Shown here: positions 40,858 through 51,635 of the stretch, piece by piece
Layout of the letters: every line of letters begins with the position of its first letter
How positions within the stretch are numbered: position 1 is the stretch's first letter
Source: an uncultured Solirubrobacterales bacterium
Lineage (GTDB): Bacteria > Actinomycetota > Thermoleophilia > Solirubrobacterales > Solirubrobacteraceae
Assembly (NCBI GenBank): GCA_963705775.1
Contig: CAVPKT010000045.1
Location: 4,506 to 68,505 of the forward strand
DNA: 64,000 nt
Direction of reading: 5' to 3'
Made by a program: the position numbers and the translations under genes
Notes under the pieces: generated by a model
Databases searched by the model: none
The model's input: only the letters and a program-made list of their open reading frames with translations
What the model was told of the DNA's origin: nothing

Positions 40858-41660
40858 ACGAGCCCGATCCTGCGCGTGATCGCGGGGCGCGCGGCGCGCA
40901 CGATGGCTCCGCTCTGCCCTGCATCGCGGGCTAGCGGTGCGGGCAGCAGGGCGGCCCCCGCTCCCGAGAGCACCAGGGGCAGGATCGCCTCGCGCGCGGC
41001 CGTCTCGACGGCGATTCGTGGCGTGACGCCGACGGCGGCGAGGGCCTGATCCAGGAGGATGCGGGTGGAGGTGCCGGGCGGAGTGACGATCAGCGGGATC
41101 TCGGCCAGCTCCGCGGGTCGAAGTGGCTGGCTCGAGGTGGACCCCGGCGGGAGGATGAACAGCAGCTCCTGTTCGCCGAGTGGGTGGTCCTTCAGTCCTT
41201 CGCGCCGCAGGGGTAGGTGAGCGGCTCCCAGGTCGCACGCGCGTTCGCCGACCATCGCCAGCAGGCCCTCGGCGCTGTCGGCCTCCTTCACCTGCACCCG
41301 GATCCCGGAGTAGCGCTCGCGGAAGCGGCCGATCAGGACCGCCATCGGGTCGACCGCGAGCGTGGGCAGCGTCGCGAGCTCGAGGGTCCCCGCCCGAAGC
41401 TCGCTCACCCCCGCTACGGCGTCCCGCGCCTCGTCCATTGCACGAAGAACCCGTCGGGCGGGGCCGACCAGCTGCCTGCCGGCGGTGGTCAGCCGAACCC
41501 CTCGCCCGATCCGGTCGAACAGGTCGGCACCCAGCTCGGCCTCCAGCGAGCGCAGCGCCTGCGACAGCGACGGCTGGGCGATCCGCACGCGAGCGGCGGC
41601 GCGGGTCACGCCGCCCTCATCGACGACGGCGAGGAAATAGCGGAGACGGCGTTCATCCAT
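40800..41660 (-). CDS. LysR family transcriptional regulator
   Basis: [38 protein letters not shown]; divergent from the MFS gene. Confidence 0.95.
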   Translation of the reverse strand: MDERRLRYFLAVVDEGGVTRAAARVRIAQPSLSQALRSLEAELGADLFDRIGRGVRLTTAGRQLVGPARRVLRAMDEARDAVAGVSELRAGTLELATLPTLAVDPMAVLIGRFRERYSGIRVQVKEADSAEGLLAMVGERACDLGAAHLPLRREGLKDHPLGEQELLFILPPGSTSSQPLRPAELAEIPLIVTPPGTSTRILLDQALAAVGVTPRIAVETAAREAILPLVLSGAGAALLPAPLARDAGQSGAIVRAARPAITRRIGLVYRDAPLSAAARAFLSSVP

Positions 41661-41730
41661 AGAGACTCTCGATGGATCCTATCTGGATCTCGTCTTTGAC
41701 CTATCGGTTTCGGCGCGCTGAGATACGACC

Positions 41731-42939
41731 ATGGCGCTTCTTCTCACCGAGCCTCGGCGCCCTCGGCTGATCCGTGAGAGCCCGCGCGCGCACTGGTACG
41801 TGGTCGCGACCGTCTGTATCGGCGCCTTCATCGGCCAGCTCGACGCGAGCGTCGTCACGATCGCCCTGCCGAGCATCGGTCACGAGCTACACGCGAGCGT
41901 GGGCGCTGTCGAGTGGGTGTCCCTCTCCTACCTGTTGGTCTTGATCGCGACCGTCGGGCCGGTTGGCCACCTAGCCGATGCGATCGGTCGCAAGCTGCTC
42001 TACAGCTACGGCTTCGCGGTGTTCACGGCCAGCTCGGTGCTGTGCGGCCTCGCGCCGTCGCTGCCGGTGCTGATCGCTGCGCGCGTGCTCCAGGCGCTCG
42101 GCGCCGCGATGCTTCAGGCCAACAGCGTGGCGCTGATCGCCGAAGCGATGCCCGGATCCATGCTCCCGCGGGCAATCGGAGCCCAGGGCGCCGCGCAGGC
42201 GACCGGGCTCGCGCTCGGGCCGGCGATCGGAGGCGCGCTGATCGCGCTCGGAGGCTGGCGGCTGATCTTCCTCGTCAACCTGCCCGCCGGCATCGCCGGC
42301 CTGGCGCTCGGATGGGTGCTCCTGCCGCGGAGCCGTTCCCGACGCGGCATCAGCGCCAGTCCCGGTCTCCTCCCGATCGTTCGCCGGCAGGCGGTATGGC
42401 TCGGACTCTCGACCGGGCTGATCTCGTTTCTGATCCTGTTCGGCACGCTGTTCGCGGTGCCCTACTACTTCGCTGCCCAGCACGTCAGCGCGGTCCGCGC
42501 GGGGCTTGAACTGGCGGTCCTCCCCGTCGCGCTCGGCGCCGCTGCGCCATTCGCGGGGCGGCTCGCGAGCCGGCGCGGAGTCAAGCCGCTGGCCTCGACC
42601 GGCATGGGGTTGGTGGGGCTGGGACTGGCCGTGATCGCGGCGTGGCGCGGCACCCCGGGACTGCTGTTGGGGCTCGCGCTGGCCGGGGTCGGTCTCGGCA
42701 CGTTCACGCCGGCGAACAACGCCTCGATCATGTTCGCCGCCCCGCCGGGCCAGGCGGGCTTGCTCAGCGGGCTCCTGAACATGACGCGCGCTTCGGGAAC
42801 GGCGCTCGGCGTCGCGGTCGCAGGGGTGCTCTACACCGCCAGCGGGCTGCCACTCGTGACGGCAGCGCTCGCGGCGCTGGCGCTGTTTGCAGGGATCGCC
42901 GCGGTGGTTTGGGGTCCCTACCCCTCCCCATCCCAGTAG
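41731..42939 (+). CDS. MFS transporter (DHA2/EmrB-like N-terminus, shortened)
   Basis: QLDASVVTIALP, GHLADAIGRK (motif A), ARVLQALGAA, GPAIGG..WRLIFLVNLP. Confidence 0.92.
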   Translation: MALLLTEPRRPRLIRESPRAHWYVVATVCIGAFIGQLDASVVTIALPSIGHELHASVGAVEWVSLSYLLVLIATVGPVGHLADAIGRKLLYSYGFAVFTASSVLCGLAPSLPVLIAARVLQALGAAMLQANSVALIAEAMPGSMLPRAIGAQGAAQATGLALGPAIGGALIALGGWRLIFLVNLPAGIAGLALGWVLLPRSRSRRGISASPGLLPIVRRQAVWLGLSTGLISFLILFGTLFAVPYYFAAQHVSAVRAGLELAVLPVALGAAAPFAGRLASRRGVKPLASTGMGLVGLGLAVIAAWRGTPGLLLGLALAGVGLGTFTPANNASIMFAAPPGQAGLLSGLLNMTRASGTALGVAVAGVLYTASGLPLVTAALAALALFAGIAAVVWGPYPSPSQ

Positions 42940-43853
42940 TCGAGCTGCTCGAAGCGCCCGATCACGCCGAGCCCGCGGAACGCGACCTTGTTCGAGCGTG
43001 GGTAGAAGCACATATCGCCCGGGTCGCGGGTGCCGTAGGCGAGGAACTCGAGCCCGCCGTCGCGGGCGCGGAACGTATGTGCGACGCCGGTCCCGGGCGG
43101 ACGGCCGACGACGTGGCCGGCGCGCATCGGCAGTTCCTCGTCGCCGAGCACGAGCGCTCCCGACCCCCTCAGCACGACGAACAGCTCCTCCTCGATGGAG
43201 TGACAGTGCGGCGGAGCAGCCAGTTTCCCGGGGGACACCGCCACGTGCTTGATCCCGGTCGTCCGCGAGCCGACCGCCTCACCCAGGTTCCGGCGCAGCG
43301 ACCCGACATCGCCCTCGCCCCACGAGTGCCCCTCGACGGCATCGACGTTCGCGACCGTCGCTGGCCTCGCTCCCGCTTCGGGCGGGAGCTCGGGCGGCCC
43401 GAGCTCTGACTCGCGCACGAACTGGAACGGCGCCCCGTCGATCGCGCCGGGCTCGGAGACGACCGCGCGTCGACCCACGAGCGACATCCCGAGACGCGGA
43501 AAACCGACCGCCTCGTCGTACTCACGGGGTCCGAAGGCGACGAGGTCGAGCGGCTCGGTGGCATGAACCGTGTGCGCGCCGCGATTCGGGACGTAGAGGA
43601 TGCAATCGCCGGCCCCGATCTCTGCGGCACGACCTCCTTGCCAGGACAGCCCCCGGCCCGACATGACGTAGAAGATCTCCTCCTCGCGCCCGTGCTCGTG
43701 GGCGGGAGTCGACCAGCCTCCTGCGGGTATCTCAATCCGCCGCGCGCCGATCCCGACAGTCCCGGCGGCAGATCCCAGATTCGTCCAACGGCCCCGTAGG
43801 TGCCCGATGTCGAACTCGAACGCCGGCGCGTCGTCGAAGTGGGTTATTCCCAC
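42918..43853 (-). CDS. Bicupin protein
   Basis: Two cupin motifs: [17 protein letters not shown] and [17 protein letters not shown]; ends LDYWDGE. Confidence 0.9.
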   Translation of the reverse strand: MGITHFDDAPAFEFDIGHLRGRWTNLGSAAGTVGIGARRIEIPAGGWSTPAHEHGREEEIFYVMSGRGLSWQGGRAAEIGAGDCILYVPNRGAHTVHATEPLDLVAFGPREYDEAVGFPRLGMSLVGRRAVVSEPGAIDGAPFQFVRESELGPPELPPEAGARPATVANVDAVEGHSWGEGDVGSLRRNLGEAVGSRTTGIKHVAVSPGKLAAPPHCHSIEEELFVVLRGSGALVLGDEELPMRAGHVVGRPPGTGVAHTFRARDGGLEFLAYGTRDPGDMCFYPRSNKVAFRGLGVIGRFEQLDYWDGEG

Positions 43854-45403
43854 TCGATCGTCCCGGGCGGCTTGCTCGTGATGTCGAGCACCACGCGGCC
43901 GACGGGGCGGATCTCGGCGATCATCCGCGAGGCGATCTGTTCGAGCAGGTCGTAAGGCAGCCGAGCCCAGTCGGCGGTCATCGCGTCATCGCTTGTGACG
44001 GCGCGGATGACGATCACGTTCCCGTAGGTGCGCTCGTCACCCTGAACCCCGACCGTGCGGATGTCCGGCAGCACGCAGAACGACTGCCACAGCTCCCGAT
44101 ACAGGCCGGCCTTGCGGATCTCATCCTGGAGGATCGCGTCGGCCTCGCGCAGGATTTCGAGGCGCTCGCGCGTGGCTTCGCCGCCGACGATCCGGATCGC
44201 AAGCCCCGGACCAGGGAACGGCTGGCGCCAGACGAGCCGCTCGGGAAGGCCCAGCTCGGCTCCTACGGCGCGCACCTCGTCCTTGAACAAGGTCCGGAGC
44301 GGCTCGACAAGGCCGAACTGAAGGTCCTCCGGCAGCCCGCCAACGTTGTGATGCGACTTGATCGTCGCCGCTCCGGTCCCGCCGCCCGACTCGATCACGT
44401 CGGAGTACAGCGTCCCCTGAACCAGGAACTGCACGTCGGGGAGCTTCGCCGCCTCTTCCTCGAACACTCGGATGAACTCTGCCCCGATCCGCTTGCGCTT
44501 CTCCTCCGGATCGGTGACGCCCTTCAGCCGCTCGAGGAATCGGTCGGAGGCTTCGACGGCGACCAGCGGCACCTTGAAGTGGTCCCGGAACGCCGCGATC
44601 ACCTGCTGGCCCTCGTTCTTCCGCATCAGGCCGTGGTCGACAAATACGCACGTCAGCCGGTCGCCGATCGCCCGATGCACGAGCAGCGCGGCGACGCTCG
44701 AGTCGACGCCGCCTGAGAGCCCGCAGATCGCCCGTCCGTCGCCGACCTGGGCCCGGATTTGCTCGATCTGCTCGTCGATCACGGAGCCCGCACCCCACGA
44801 GCGTTCGCAGCCGCAGACGTCCTCGAGGAAGTTGGTCAGGACCTGGTGGCCGTACGGAGTGTGCACGACCTCGGGGTGGAACTGGATCCCGTAGATACCG
44901 CGGTCACTCGACTCGAACGCCGCCACGGGTGATGCGGTCGAGGATGCGAGCGCGTCGAAGCCGGGCGGGGGCGCGAATACGGTGTCGCGATGGGACATCC
45001 AGCAGGTCTGCTCGGGCGGAGTGCCCGCGAGCAGCCGCCCATTGTGGGTGACCTTCAGCTCCGAGCGGCCGAATTCGCCCACCTCGGCGCCCTCGACACG
45101 CCCTCCCAGCTCCAGCGCCAGCAGCTGCATTCCGTAACAGATGCCGAGCACGGGGACCCCGAGCTCGAGCAGCTCGCGGTCGAGCGGCGGCGCGCCCTCG
45201 GCGTAGACCGACGCTGGGCCGCCCGAGAGAATCACGCCCTTCGGCTTGCGACGCGCCACCTCGGCCGCGCCCACGTGGTGAGGCAGAAGCTCCGAGAACA
45301 CCCCGCATTCGCGCACGCGCCGGGCGATCAGCTGCGAGTACTGGCCCCCGTAGTCGAGCACGACTACTTCTTCTGTTGCTGCCCGGTCCGGATGGGGTTT
45401 CAC
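43844..45403 (-). CDS. guaA: GMP synthase (glutamine-hydrolyzing); start uncertain
   Basis: [52 protein letters not shown]. Confidence 0.97.
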   Translation of the reverse strand: MKPHPDRAATEEVVVLDYGGQYSQLIARRVRECGVFSELLPHHVGAAEVARRKPKGVILSGGPASVYAEGAPPLDRELLELGVPVLGICYGMQLLALELGGRVEGAEVGEFGRSELKVTHNGRLLAGTPPEQTCWMSHRDTVFAPPPGFDALASSTASPVAAFESSDRGIYGIQFHPEVVHTPYGHQVLTNFLEDVCGCERSWGAGSVIDEQIEQIRAQVGDGRAICGLSGGVDSSVAALLVHRAIGDRLTCVFVDHGLMRKNEGQQVIAAFRDHFKVPLVAVEASDRFLERLKGVTDPEEKRKRIGAEFIRVFEEEAAKLPDVQFLVQGTLYSDVIESGGGTGAATIKSHHNVGGLPEDLQFGLVEPLRTLFKDEVRAVGAELGLPERLVWRQPFPGPGLAIRIVGGEATRERLEILREADAILQDEIRKAGLYRELWQSFCVLPDIRTVGVQGDERTYGNVIVIRAVTSDDAMTADWARLPYDLLEQIASRMIAEIRPVGRVVLDITSKPPGTIEWE

Positions 45404-45437
45404 GGCCCCAGGGACGCCGAGCGCAGCGAGGCCCGTA

Positions 45438-46640
45438 CTAGTCGGCGGCACCGACCGTTGCTGCTTTGCCGCTTGCGCCCATTCCCACGCCCTGCTCACG
45501 CTGGAGGTGCTTGCCCTCGGTCTGGAGCGCGGGCGCGACCATCAGCTCGGCGCGGTTGAACTCGGCGATGTCGCGGTAGCCGCAGGTCGCCATCGAAGTC
45601 CTCAGTCCGCCCATGAGGTTGAAGGTCCCGTCGTTCTCACGTGCGGGGCCCTTGATGATCTCCTCGAGCGTTCCGTTCTGCGTGGTCGCGACGCGTGTGC
45701 CGCGGGGAAGCGTCGGGTGGAAGGTCGCCATGCCCCAGTTGTAACCGCGACCGGGCGCCTCGTATGCCCGAGCGAGCGCCGAGCCGAGCATCGCCGCGTC
45801 GCCGCCGCACGCGATCGCCTTGGCGATGTCGCCCCCGTTGCGCATCCCGCCATCGGCGATCACCTTCACGTAGTCGCCCGTCTCAAGCATGTGCTGCGAG
45901 CGTGCGGCCGCGACGTCGGCAATCGCCGTCGCCTGGGGGACGCCGATTCCGAGCACGCCGCGCGTCGTGCAAATGGCACCGGGACCGACGCCGACGAGTA
46001 CGCCCGCGGCGCCGGTGCGCATCAGGTGAAGCCCCGTGTGGTAGGACGCGCAACCACCGACGATCACCGGCGTCGGCGAGAGCTCGCGAATGAACTCCTT
46101 CAGGTTCAGCGGCGGCCGGGTCTCATCGAGCGACACATGCTCGGCGGAAACGACGGTGCCCTGGATGACGAGGATGTCGAGCCCCGCGTCCAGCGCGACC
46201 TCGTAGTGCTTGCGCACCTTCTGCGGCGTAAGCGACGCAGCCGCGACGACGCCCTGGGCCTTGATCTCCTGCACTCGCTGGGCGATCAACTCGGGCTTGA
46301 TCGGCTCGCGGTAGATGTCCTGCATCTCGCGCGTCGCGATGTCGCGCGAGAAGGTGGAGATCCGCTCCAGCTGCGCGTCGGCGTCCTCGTAGCGAGTGAA
46401 GAGGCCCTCGAGATTGAGTACCGCCAAGCCTCCGAGCTTGCCGATGATGCCGGCTGTCTCGGGCGAGACCACGCCGTCGAGGGCGGCCGCCAGGAGCGGC
46501 AGCTCAAATCGGTACGGCCCGAGCGTCCACGAGACGTCGACGTCGTCGGGGTCCCGCGTCCGGCGCGAGGGGACGATCGCGATGTCGTCAAATCCGTACG
46601 CCCGGCGGGCCTTCTTTCCGCGGCCGATCTCTACTTCCAT
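45438..46640 (-). CDS. guaB3: GuaB3-family IMP dehydrogenase (no CBS domain)
   Basis: [32 protein letters not shown]-terminus typical of GuaB3; [11 protein letters not shown] catalytic loop; ADGG. Confidence 0.92.
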   Translation of the reverse strand: MEVEIGRGKKARRAYGFDDIAIVPSRRTRDPDDVDVSWTLGPYRFELPLLAAALDGVVSPETAGIIGKLGGLAVLNLEGLFTRYEDADAQLERISTFSRDIATREMQDIYREPIKPELIAQRVQEIKAQGVVAAASLTPQKVRKHYEVALDAGLDILVIQGTVVSAEHVSLDETRPPLNLKEFIRELSPTPVIVGGCASYHTGLHLMRTGAAGVLVGVGPGAICTTRGVLGIGVPQATAIADVAAARSQHMLETGDYVKVIADGGMRNGGDIAKAIACGGDAAMLGSALARAYEAPGRGYNWGMATFHPTLPRGTRVATTQNGTLEEIIKGPARENDGTFNLMGGLRTSMATCGYRDIAEFNRAELMVAPALQTEGKHLQREQGVGMGASGKAATVGAAD

Positions 46641-46682
46641 CCTGAGAATGTAGCCGACGCCGCGGACGCGCCAGACGACGGG

Positions 46683-47642
46683 CTACCCGATCTCGGCCGC
46701 CACCTCGAGCTCCTCGACCTGAACCTCCGCGCGCAGCCGATCGACACGGCTCGGTTCGATCATGCCGGCCCCGAAGTGCTGCGTCGACTCGGCCCCGCAC
46801 GCGACCCCGAACCGCAGCGCCTCGACCGCCCGCTGGCCCGAGTACCTCGCCGCCACGAACCCGGCCAGGAAGGCGTCACCCGCGCCGATCGGCGAACGGG
46901 CCTCCTGTTCTTCGACCCGCACCCGCACGAGCGACGGACTCCCCTCGTCGAGCACCCGTGCGTAGCAGCCGTCGGGAACGGTCATGATCGCCTCGCGGGC
47001 CCCGAGGCGCGTCATCTCCACGACGGCCTCGGCGCGGTCGTCGTCATCGTTGAACTCGTGTCCCACGAGCTCCTCCGCCTCGAGCTCGTTCGGCGAGACG
47101 ATGTCCGGCTCGGCCCTCACTCCGAGTCGTAGCTGCTCGCCCTCGGTGTCGAGGACCGTGGTGACGCCGAGCTTGTGCACGTCCCTGATCAGTTCGCCGT
47201 ACACATCCGGCTCCACGCCTCGCGGCAGGCTGCCTGCGAACACGCACATGCTCGCTCCCTGGGCGAGGTACAGGAGCTTGTCGCGGAACAGCTCGAGCTC
47301 CTGCGGAGAGATCTCGGGCCCGCGCTCGTTGACCTCTGTGTGCAGCCCGGTGGTCGGATCGATCACCGCGGTGTTGGTGCGTGACTCCTCGCGGATCCGC
47401 ACGAACGCGTTGAGAATCGACTCGTTGTTGAGCGCCTCGACGATCCGCGTCCCGGTCGCGCCACCGGCCAGACCCGTGGCGATAACCGGTCGCCCGAGAC
47501 GCTTGATCGCCCTGGCGACGTTGACCCCCTTGCCCCCGGGCATTGTCGTCTGGTCCACCGTGCGGTGACGGCGCCCGGGGGTGAAGTTCGGAACCTCGAG
47601 TGTCTTGTCGAGCGCCGCGTTGAGCGTGACGGTGATGATCAT
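46683..47642 (-). CDS. 1-phosphofructokinase family hexose kinase (PfkB/LacC)
   Basis: MIITVTLNAALD, GGKGVNVA, AGSLPRG, PNELE, GAGDAFLAG. Confidence 0.92.
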   Translation of the reverse strand: MIITVTLNAALDKTLEVPNFTPGRRHRTVDQTTMPGGKGVNVARAIKRLGRPVIATGLAGGATGTRIVEALNNESILNAFVRIREESRTNTAVIDPTTGLHTEVNERGPEISPQELELFRDKLLYLAQGASMCVFAGSLPRGVEPDVYGELIRDVHKLGVTTVLDTEGEQLRLGVRAEPDIVSPNELEAEELVGHEFNDDDDRAEAVVEMTRLGAREAIMTVPDGCYARVLDEGSPSLVRVRVEEQEARSPIGAGDAFLAGFVAARYSGQRAVEALRFGVACGAESTQHFGAGMIEPSRVDRLRAEVQVEELEVAAEIG

Positions 47643-48865
47643 GCCGGGGTCGATCGCGCCACCCGCTGCCCGCGACGGTGACGCGCAAACACCGCGCCGC
47701 CCCCGAGCAGCAGCAGAACGAGCAACAACAGGGTAGACGTTCGGGTGAGGAACCGTGCGGCGATCGCCACGGGGCTCACCGCAGGCAGCGTCCGTGCGAG
47801 CAACAGCGGCACCCGGTCCACGATCCTGGTTCCGTCGAGCACGATCAGCGTCCCAACGACCGCGTGGCGCTTGAGCGGGCCGGTGAGCTGATGCGGCATC
47901 TTCACCCGGGTGTGGAGGCGGGTCGACCGCAGCGCGACCTCGCTGAACGACGCCCCCGCGATCACGGTCGCGTGGAATCCGGGGCGATCGGCGACCGTCG
48001 GTCGCGCCGCGACCTCGCCGGCTGTGACCGGCTTCGCCACGCGGTAGTTCTGGAAGCCCCAGCGCAGCAGCGCGAGCGTGTCCGCGTCACGAGAGCCCTG
48101 ACTGGCGGTTCCCAGCACCGCGCTGACCAACGTCAGCCCGTTCTGGGTTCCGACCGCGACCAGGCAGTAGCCGGCGTCGAGCGTGTGGCCCGTCTTGACG
48201 CCGTGAATCCATGGGACGCGCCCCACGAGATCGTTACGGTTGACGATCGCCCGGACGTGGTTCCCACTGTGCAGGACGGTCCTCGACAGGCCGACGTCGT
48301 GCGCGAACAGCGGATAGCGCTCCAGCAGGTAGCTCGCCAGCTTGACCAGGTCCGATGCGCTCGAGTAGTTGCCCGGGGTGTCGAGACCGATCGGGGTGGA
48401 GTAGTGGGTGTGCGTGAGGCCCAGCCTGCGCGCGTCCGCGTTCATCATCGCTATGAAGCGCGATACCGAGGTGCGGCCGACGTTGTACGCGAGGTCGTAC
48501 GCGGCATCGTCGGCGCTGGGGAGCATCATCGCCAGCAGCAGGTCGGACACCGTCATCCGCTCTCCGGGTACCAGCCCGATCTGGGAGTCCTGGGCGGCGA
48601 GGTAGTAGGTGGGATACGTGAACACCGCGTCCATCCGGGCGTGCTCGAGCGTCTCGAGGGCCGTCATCAGCTTTGTCGTGGATGCGATCGCGACCTGGGA
48701 GGTCGGGTTGACCCCGTACAGGCGCTGGCCGCTTCCCTCGACTACGAGCCCCGCGGTGCGAGCGCTCATCAACGGCGCCGCAGGGGCCGGTGCCGCGAGC
48801 GCGCGCGCCGGGATGGCGGCCGCGAGCACGAACGCGGCCGCGCCCAAGGCGACGACGCGTCTCAC
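47639..48865 (-). CDS. D-alanyl-D-alanine carboxypeptidase (peptidase S11)
   Basis: Signal peptide, ASTTK (SxxK), SAD at the SxN position, KTG, C-terminal TM anchor. Confidence 0.92.
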   Translation of the reverse strand: MRRVVALGAAAFVLAAAIPARALAAPAPAAPLMSARTAGLVVEGSGQRLYGVNPTSQVAIASTTKLMTALETLEHARMDAVFTYPTYYLAAQDSQIGLVPGERMTVSDLLLAMMLPSADDAAYDLAYNVGRTSVSRFIAMMNADARRLGLTHTHYSTPIGLDTPGNYSSASDLVKLASYLLERYPLFAHDVGLSRTVLHSGNHVRAIVNRNDLVGRVPWIHGVKTGHTLDAGYCLVAVGTQNGLTLVSAVLGTASQGSRDADTLALLRWGFQNYRVAKPVTAGEVAARPTVADRPGFHATVIAGASFSEVALRSTRLHTRVKMPHQLTGPLKRHAVVGTLIVLDGTRIVDRVPLLLARTLPAVSPVAIAARFLTRTSTLLLLVLLLLGGGAVFARHRRGQRVARSTPA

Positions 48866-49173
48866 CGGCGCAACCTGATCCGCTGTCCGGTTTGGAGCGC
48901 GTTGGGGTTGAGCGATTGGTTCAGCTGCTCGAGGGTGTTGATCGGGACTCGGGTCCTGACGGCGATCTGAGACAGGGAGTCGCCCGCTTGGACGGTATAG
49001 AAGGTCGAGCGGGCATATCTCCCGCGCGGCCGCGGGGCCCGGGGCCGGCGGTGAACCGCGGCGTGTTTGGTGGAGCCACCGTCGAGATGATCGGCCACGA
49101 TCAGATACGCCCCGGCGACTGTCGCGGCGAGCGCAATCGGTACCAGGAAGCGCGCCGGATTCCGACCCACCAT
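48862..49173 (-). CDS. LysM peptidoglycan-binding membrane protein
   Basis: N-terminal TM helix and YTVQAGDSLSQIA..LN..LQTGQRIRL. Confidence 0.9.
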   Translation of the reverse strand: MVGRNPARFLVPIALAATVAGAYLIVADHLDGGSTKHAAVHRRPRAPRPRGRYARSTFYTVQAGDSLSQIAVRTRVPINTLEQLNQSLNPNALQTGQRIRLRR

Positions 49174-49191
49174 CGGTCCGCGATCATACGC

Positions 49192-50136
49192 TCACGACGC
49201 CAGATCCCACGCCAGCGCTCGCAGCGTCGCAGCCTCCTTGCGCGCCGCGGCTGCCGGGTCCCCGCCGCGCCGCTCGTGTGCGGCCACGATCCCGCGCGAA
49301 GCTGACACGAGGCCGCCCGCCTTGCCCGGATGGAACGCGGCCGCAAGATCCTGCACCCGACCGCCTTGGGTACCGACCCCCGGCAGCAGGAACACCGTCC
49401 GTGGCATCCGCTGACGCAGCGCCTCGAGCCGGTCTGGCGCGGTCGCGCCGACGACCGCGCCCACGTCGGCCAGCCCGGCGCTGCCGACGCCGGGCGCCCC
49501 GAGCTCGGCGACCATCTCGGCTAGCCGATCGCTCACGACTCCACCCGCCTCGAGCCGCTGCTCCTGCACGTCGGCGGCGCCCGGGTTCGAGGTCCGGACC
49601 AGGACGAACACCCCTGCCTGGTGCGAACGAGCCGCTTCAACGAACGGCTCGAGCGAATCGGCGCCGAGCAGCGGATTGACCGTGATCGCGTCGACACCGA
49701 GCGCGGGGATAGGGCCGTAGGGAGTGGGTGTGGAGCCGAAGTACGCCTGCGCGTACGCGGCTGCCGTCACGTCGATGTCCCCGCGCTTGGCGTCGGCGAT
49801 CACGAGCAGCCCGTGCTCCCGAGCCCGCTCGACCACCTCCCCAAGCGCCGCCCATCCGGGCGCTCCAAGCCGCTCGAAGCATGCGACCTGCAGCTTGACC
49901 GCGACGCACTCCTCACCGACCGCATCGATCACCAGCGCGCAATGCGCCGCGACGGCGAACGCTGTACGGGCGGCAGGGTCGACGTCGCCGAGCTCGCTCT
50001 CAGCGAGTTCGAGCGCGCGCGGCCACAATCGCACCGGATCGGGGTCTAGCCCCACGACAAGTTGCGACGCGCGTTCGGCGACGCATCGCGAGACGCGATC
50101 GCCGAACCCCGCGGCGTCGCCGACGCCCGCGGCCAT
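49192..50136 (-). CDS. pyrF: Orotidine-5'-phosphate decarboxylase
   Basis: VGLDP, DAKRGDI, RTSNPG, VVGAT, LLPGVGTQGG, SASR. Confidence 0.95.
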   Translation of the reverse strand: MAAGVGDAAGFGDRVSRCVAERASQLVVGLDPDPVRLWPRALELAESELGDVDPAARTAFAVAAHCALVIDAVGEECVAVKLQVACFERLGAPGWAALGEVVERAREHGLLVIADAKRGDIDVTAAAYAQAYFGSTPTPYGPIPALGVDAITVNPLLGADSLEPFVEAARSHQAGVFVLVRTSNPGAADVQEQRLEAGGVVSDRLAEMVAELGAPGVGSAGLADVGAVVGATAPDRLEALRQRMPRTVFLLPGVGTQGGRVQDLAAAFHPGKAGGLVSASRGIVAAHERRGGDPAAAARKEAATLRALAWDLAS

Positions 50137-50165
50137 TTCCGCGCGCGCGACGGCGGAGGACAGCG

Positions 50166-50441
50166 TTAGGACTTGACCGCCTTCTTGAGCGCCGCTCCGG
50201 CACTGAATTTCGGCACGCGTGTGGCCTGGATGTAGATCCGCTCACCGGTAGCCGGGTTACGGCCCTCGCGGGCGCTCCGGTTGGAGACGCTGAACTTGCC
50301 GAAGCCGGAGAAGACAACGTCGCCGCCCCGCCGAAGCGTTGCCTCGACGGTCTCCAGGAATGCATCTACAGCATCGCCCGCGTCCTTCTTGCTCAACCCG
50401 GCGCGGTCTGCGACCTGGTCGACGAACTCAGACTTGGTCAC
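50166..50441 (-). CDS. hup: HU family DNA-binding protein
   Basis: GTG start after GGAGGAG; GFGKF..RSAREGRNPATGE..PKFSAG. Confidence 0.96.
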   Translation of the reverse strand: MTKSEFVDQVADRAGLSKKDAGDAVDAFLETVEATLRRGGDVVFSGFGKFSVSNRSAREGRNPATGERIYIQATRVPKFSAGAALKKAVKS

Positions 50442-50591
50442 TTGCTCTCCTCCTTCGAGGTGGTAGGAAGGATCGAAGCTAACACGGGCATCGGACGACA
50501 AGTGGGTAGGAAAAGGGCTTGATTCCCGCATTTTGCGCAAAAAGCGTCCCCAGGAAAGGCGTGCCGTCGGCGGCGCGGCGAGAATAGCCGC

Positions 50592-50732
50592 GTGGATCTC
50601 GCCCGAATAGCCTGGCTTGTGACCGTTCTCGCCTGCCTGATCGCGAGCCTGATCCTCGTATTGCAGGGCTACGTCGGCTATGCCGGTGTGACCTTCGCCG
50701 TGGCGGTGTCAGCCGCGATCAACCTCCGGTAG
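50592..50732 (+). CDS. Small 2-TM membrane protein (46 aa), not in ORF track
   Basis: MDLARIAWLVTVLACLIASLILVLQGYVGYAGVTFAVAVSAAINLR*; GAGAAT -10-like element just upstream of the GTG. Confidence 0.65.
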   Translation: MDLARIAWLVTVLACLIASLILVLQGYVGYAGVTFAVAVSAAINLR

Positions 50733-51635
50733 AGACGCGCCGGGATCGAGCTGCTGCCCCGGCCGAACCCGGTCCTCGGGCTCGAGGTGGATCAGAACGT
50801 CGGTCTTTGTCAGCCGCGCAGCGATCACGTCCTGTAGCTCGTGAGCGGTGCGGTGGGCGTCCTCGAGCGAGGTGCCGCTCCGGAACTGCACATGGAGGTC
50901 GACGTAGCGTCTCGCTCCGGCGCGCCGTGTTCGCAGCTCGTGGTATCCCACGACTCCCCTCGGTCCGAAGCTCTTGATCGCTCTGAGGATCTCATCGACC
51001 TCCGGCGCGGGCAGCGCCTCGTCAACGAGCACACGCGATGACCACGTCAGGAGCCGAACCCCGGTGGTGACGATCGCGGCCGCCACCGCCAGCGCGACGG
51101 CCGGGTCGATCCAGTCTGCGCCGGTCAGCTTGACAAGCGCGAGCCCCGCGAGCACTCCCGCCGAGGTCAACGCATCGGTGCGCAGGTGGGCGGCATCCGC
51201 CTCGAGCGCGGCGGAGTCTGTGGCCCGGGCGTTGCGCCCGATCACGGTGGAGACGACCAGGTTGGCGACCAGCGAAAACGCCACCACCCCGATGCCAAAC
51301 GGGATCTCGTGCACATGACCGCCCTTGACCAGACGCCGGATCGCCTCGAACGCGATCGCCGCCGACCCCACCAGGATCAGGATCCCCTCGATCGCGGCCG
51401 CGAGATTCTCGATCTTTTCGTGGCCATAGCGATGACTCTCGTCCGCCGGCTCGTCCGCTTTGCGAACGGAGAAGAACGCGACGATCGCCGCCACGAGATC
51501 GATGCTCGAGTGGACCGCCTCAGTGAGGATCGCGACCGAGCCCGTCACCGTCCCGGCGATCACCTTCAGCAGGATCAGAGTCGAGTTCGAGACAATCGAG
51601 AGCGCCGCGGCGCGGACCTTCAGGCCTTCGGTCAC
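50709..51635 (-). CDS. Cation diffusion facilitator (FieF-like) transporter
   Basis: SVAILTEAVHSSID, PADESHRYGHEKIE, ADAAHLRTD, HLEP. Confidence 0.94.
   Translation of the reverse strand: MTEGLKVRAAALSIVSNSTLILLKVIAGTVTGSVAILTEAVHSSIDLVAAIVAFFSVRKADEPADESHRYGHEKIENLAAAIEGILILVGSAAIAFEAIRRLVKGGHVHEIPFGIGVVAFSLVANLVVSTVIGRNARATDSAALEADAAHLRTDALTSAGVLAGLALVKLTGADWIDPAVALAVAAAIVTTGVRLLTWSSRVLVDEALPAPEVDEILRAIKSFGPRGVVGYHELRTRRAGARRYVDLHVQFRSGTSLEDAHRTAHELQDVIAARLTKTDVLIHLEPEDRVRPGQQLDPGASLPEVDRG

Noticed and set aside
38243-47132. Long antisense or alternative-frame ORFs (e.g. 38243-39892, 45507-47132, also 19700-21337)
   Set aside because: Shadow ORFs from stop-codon scarcity in high-GC DNA; they overlap well-supported genes and have no motifs.
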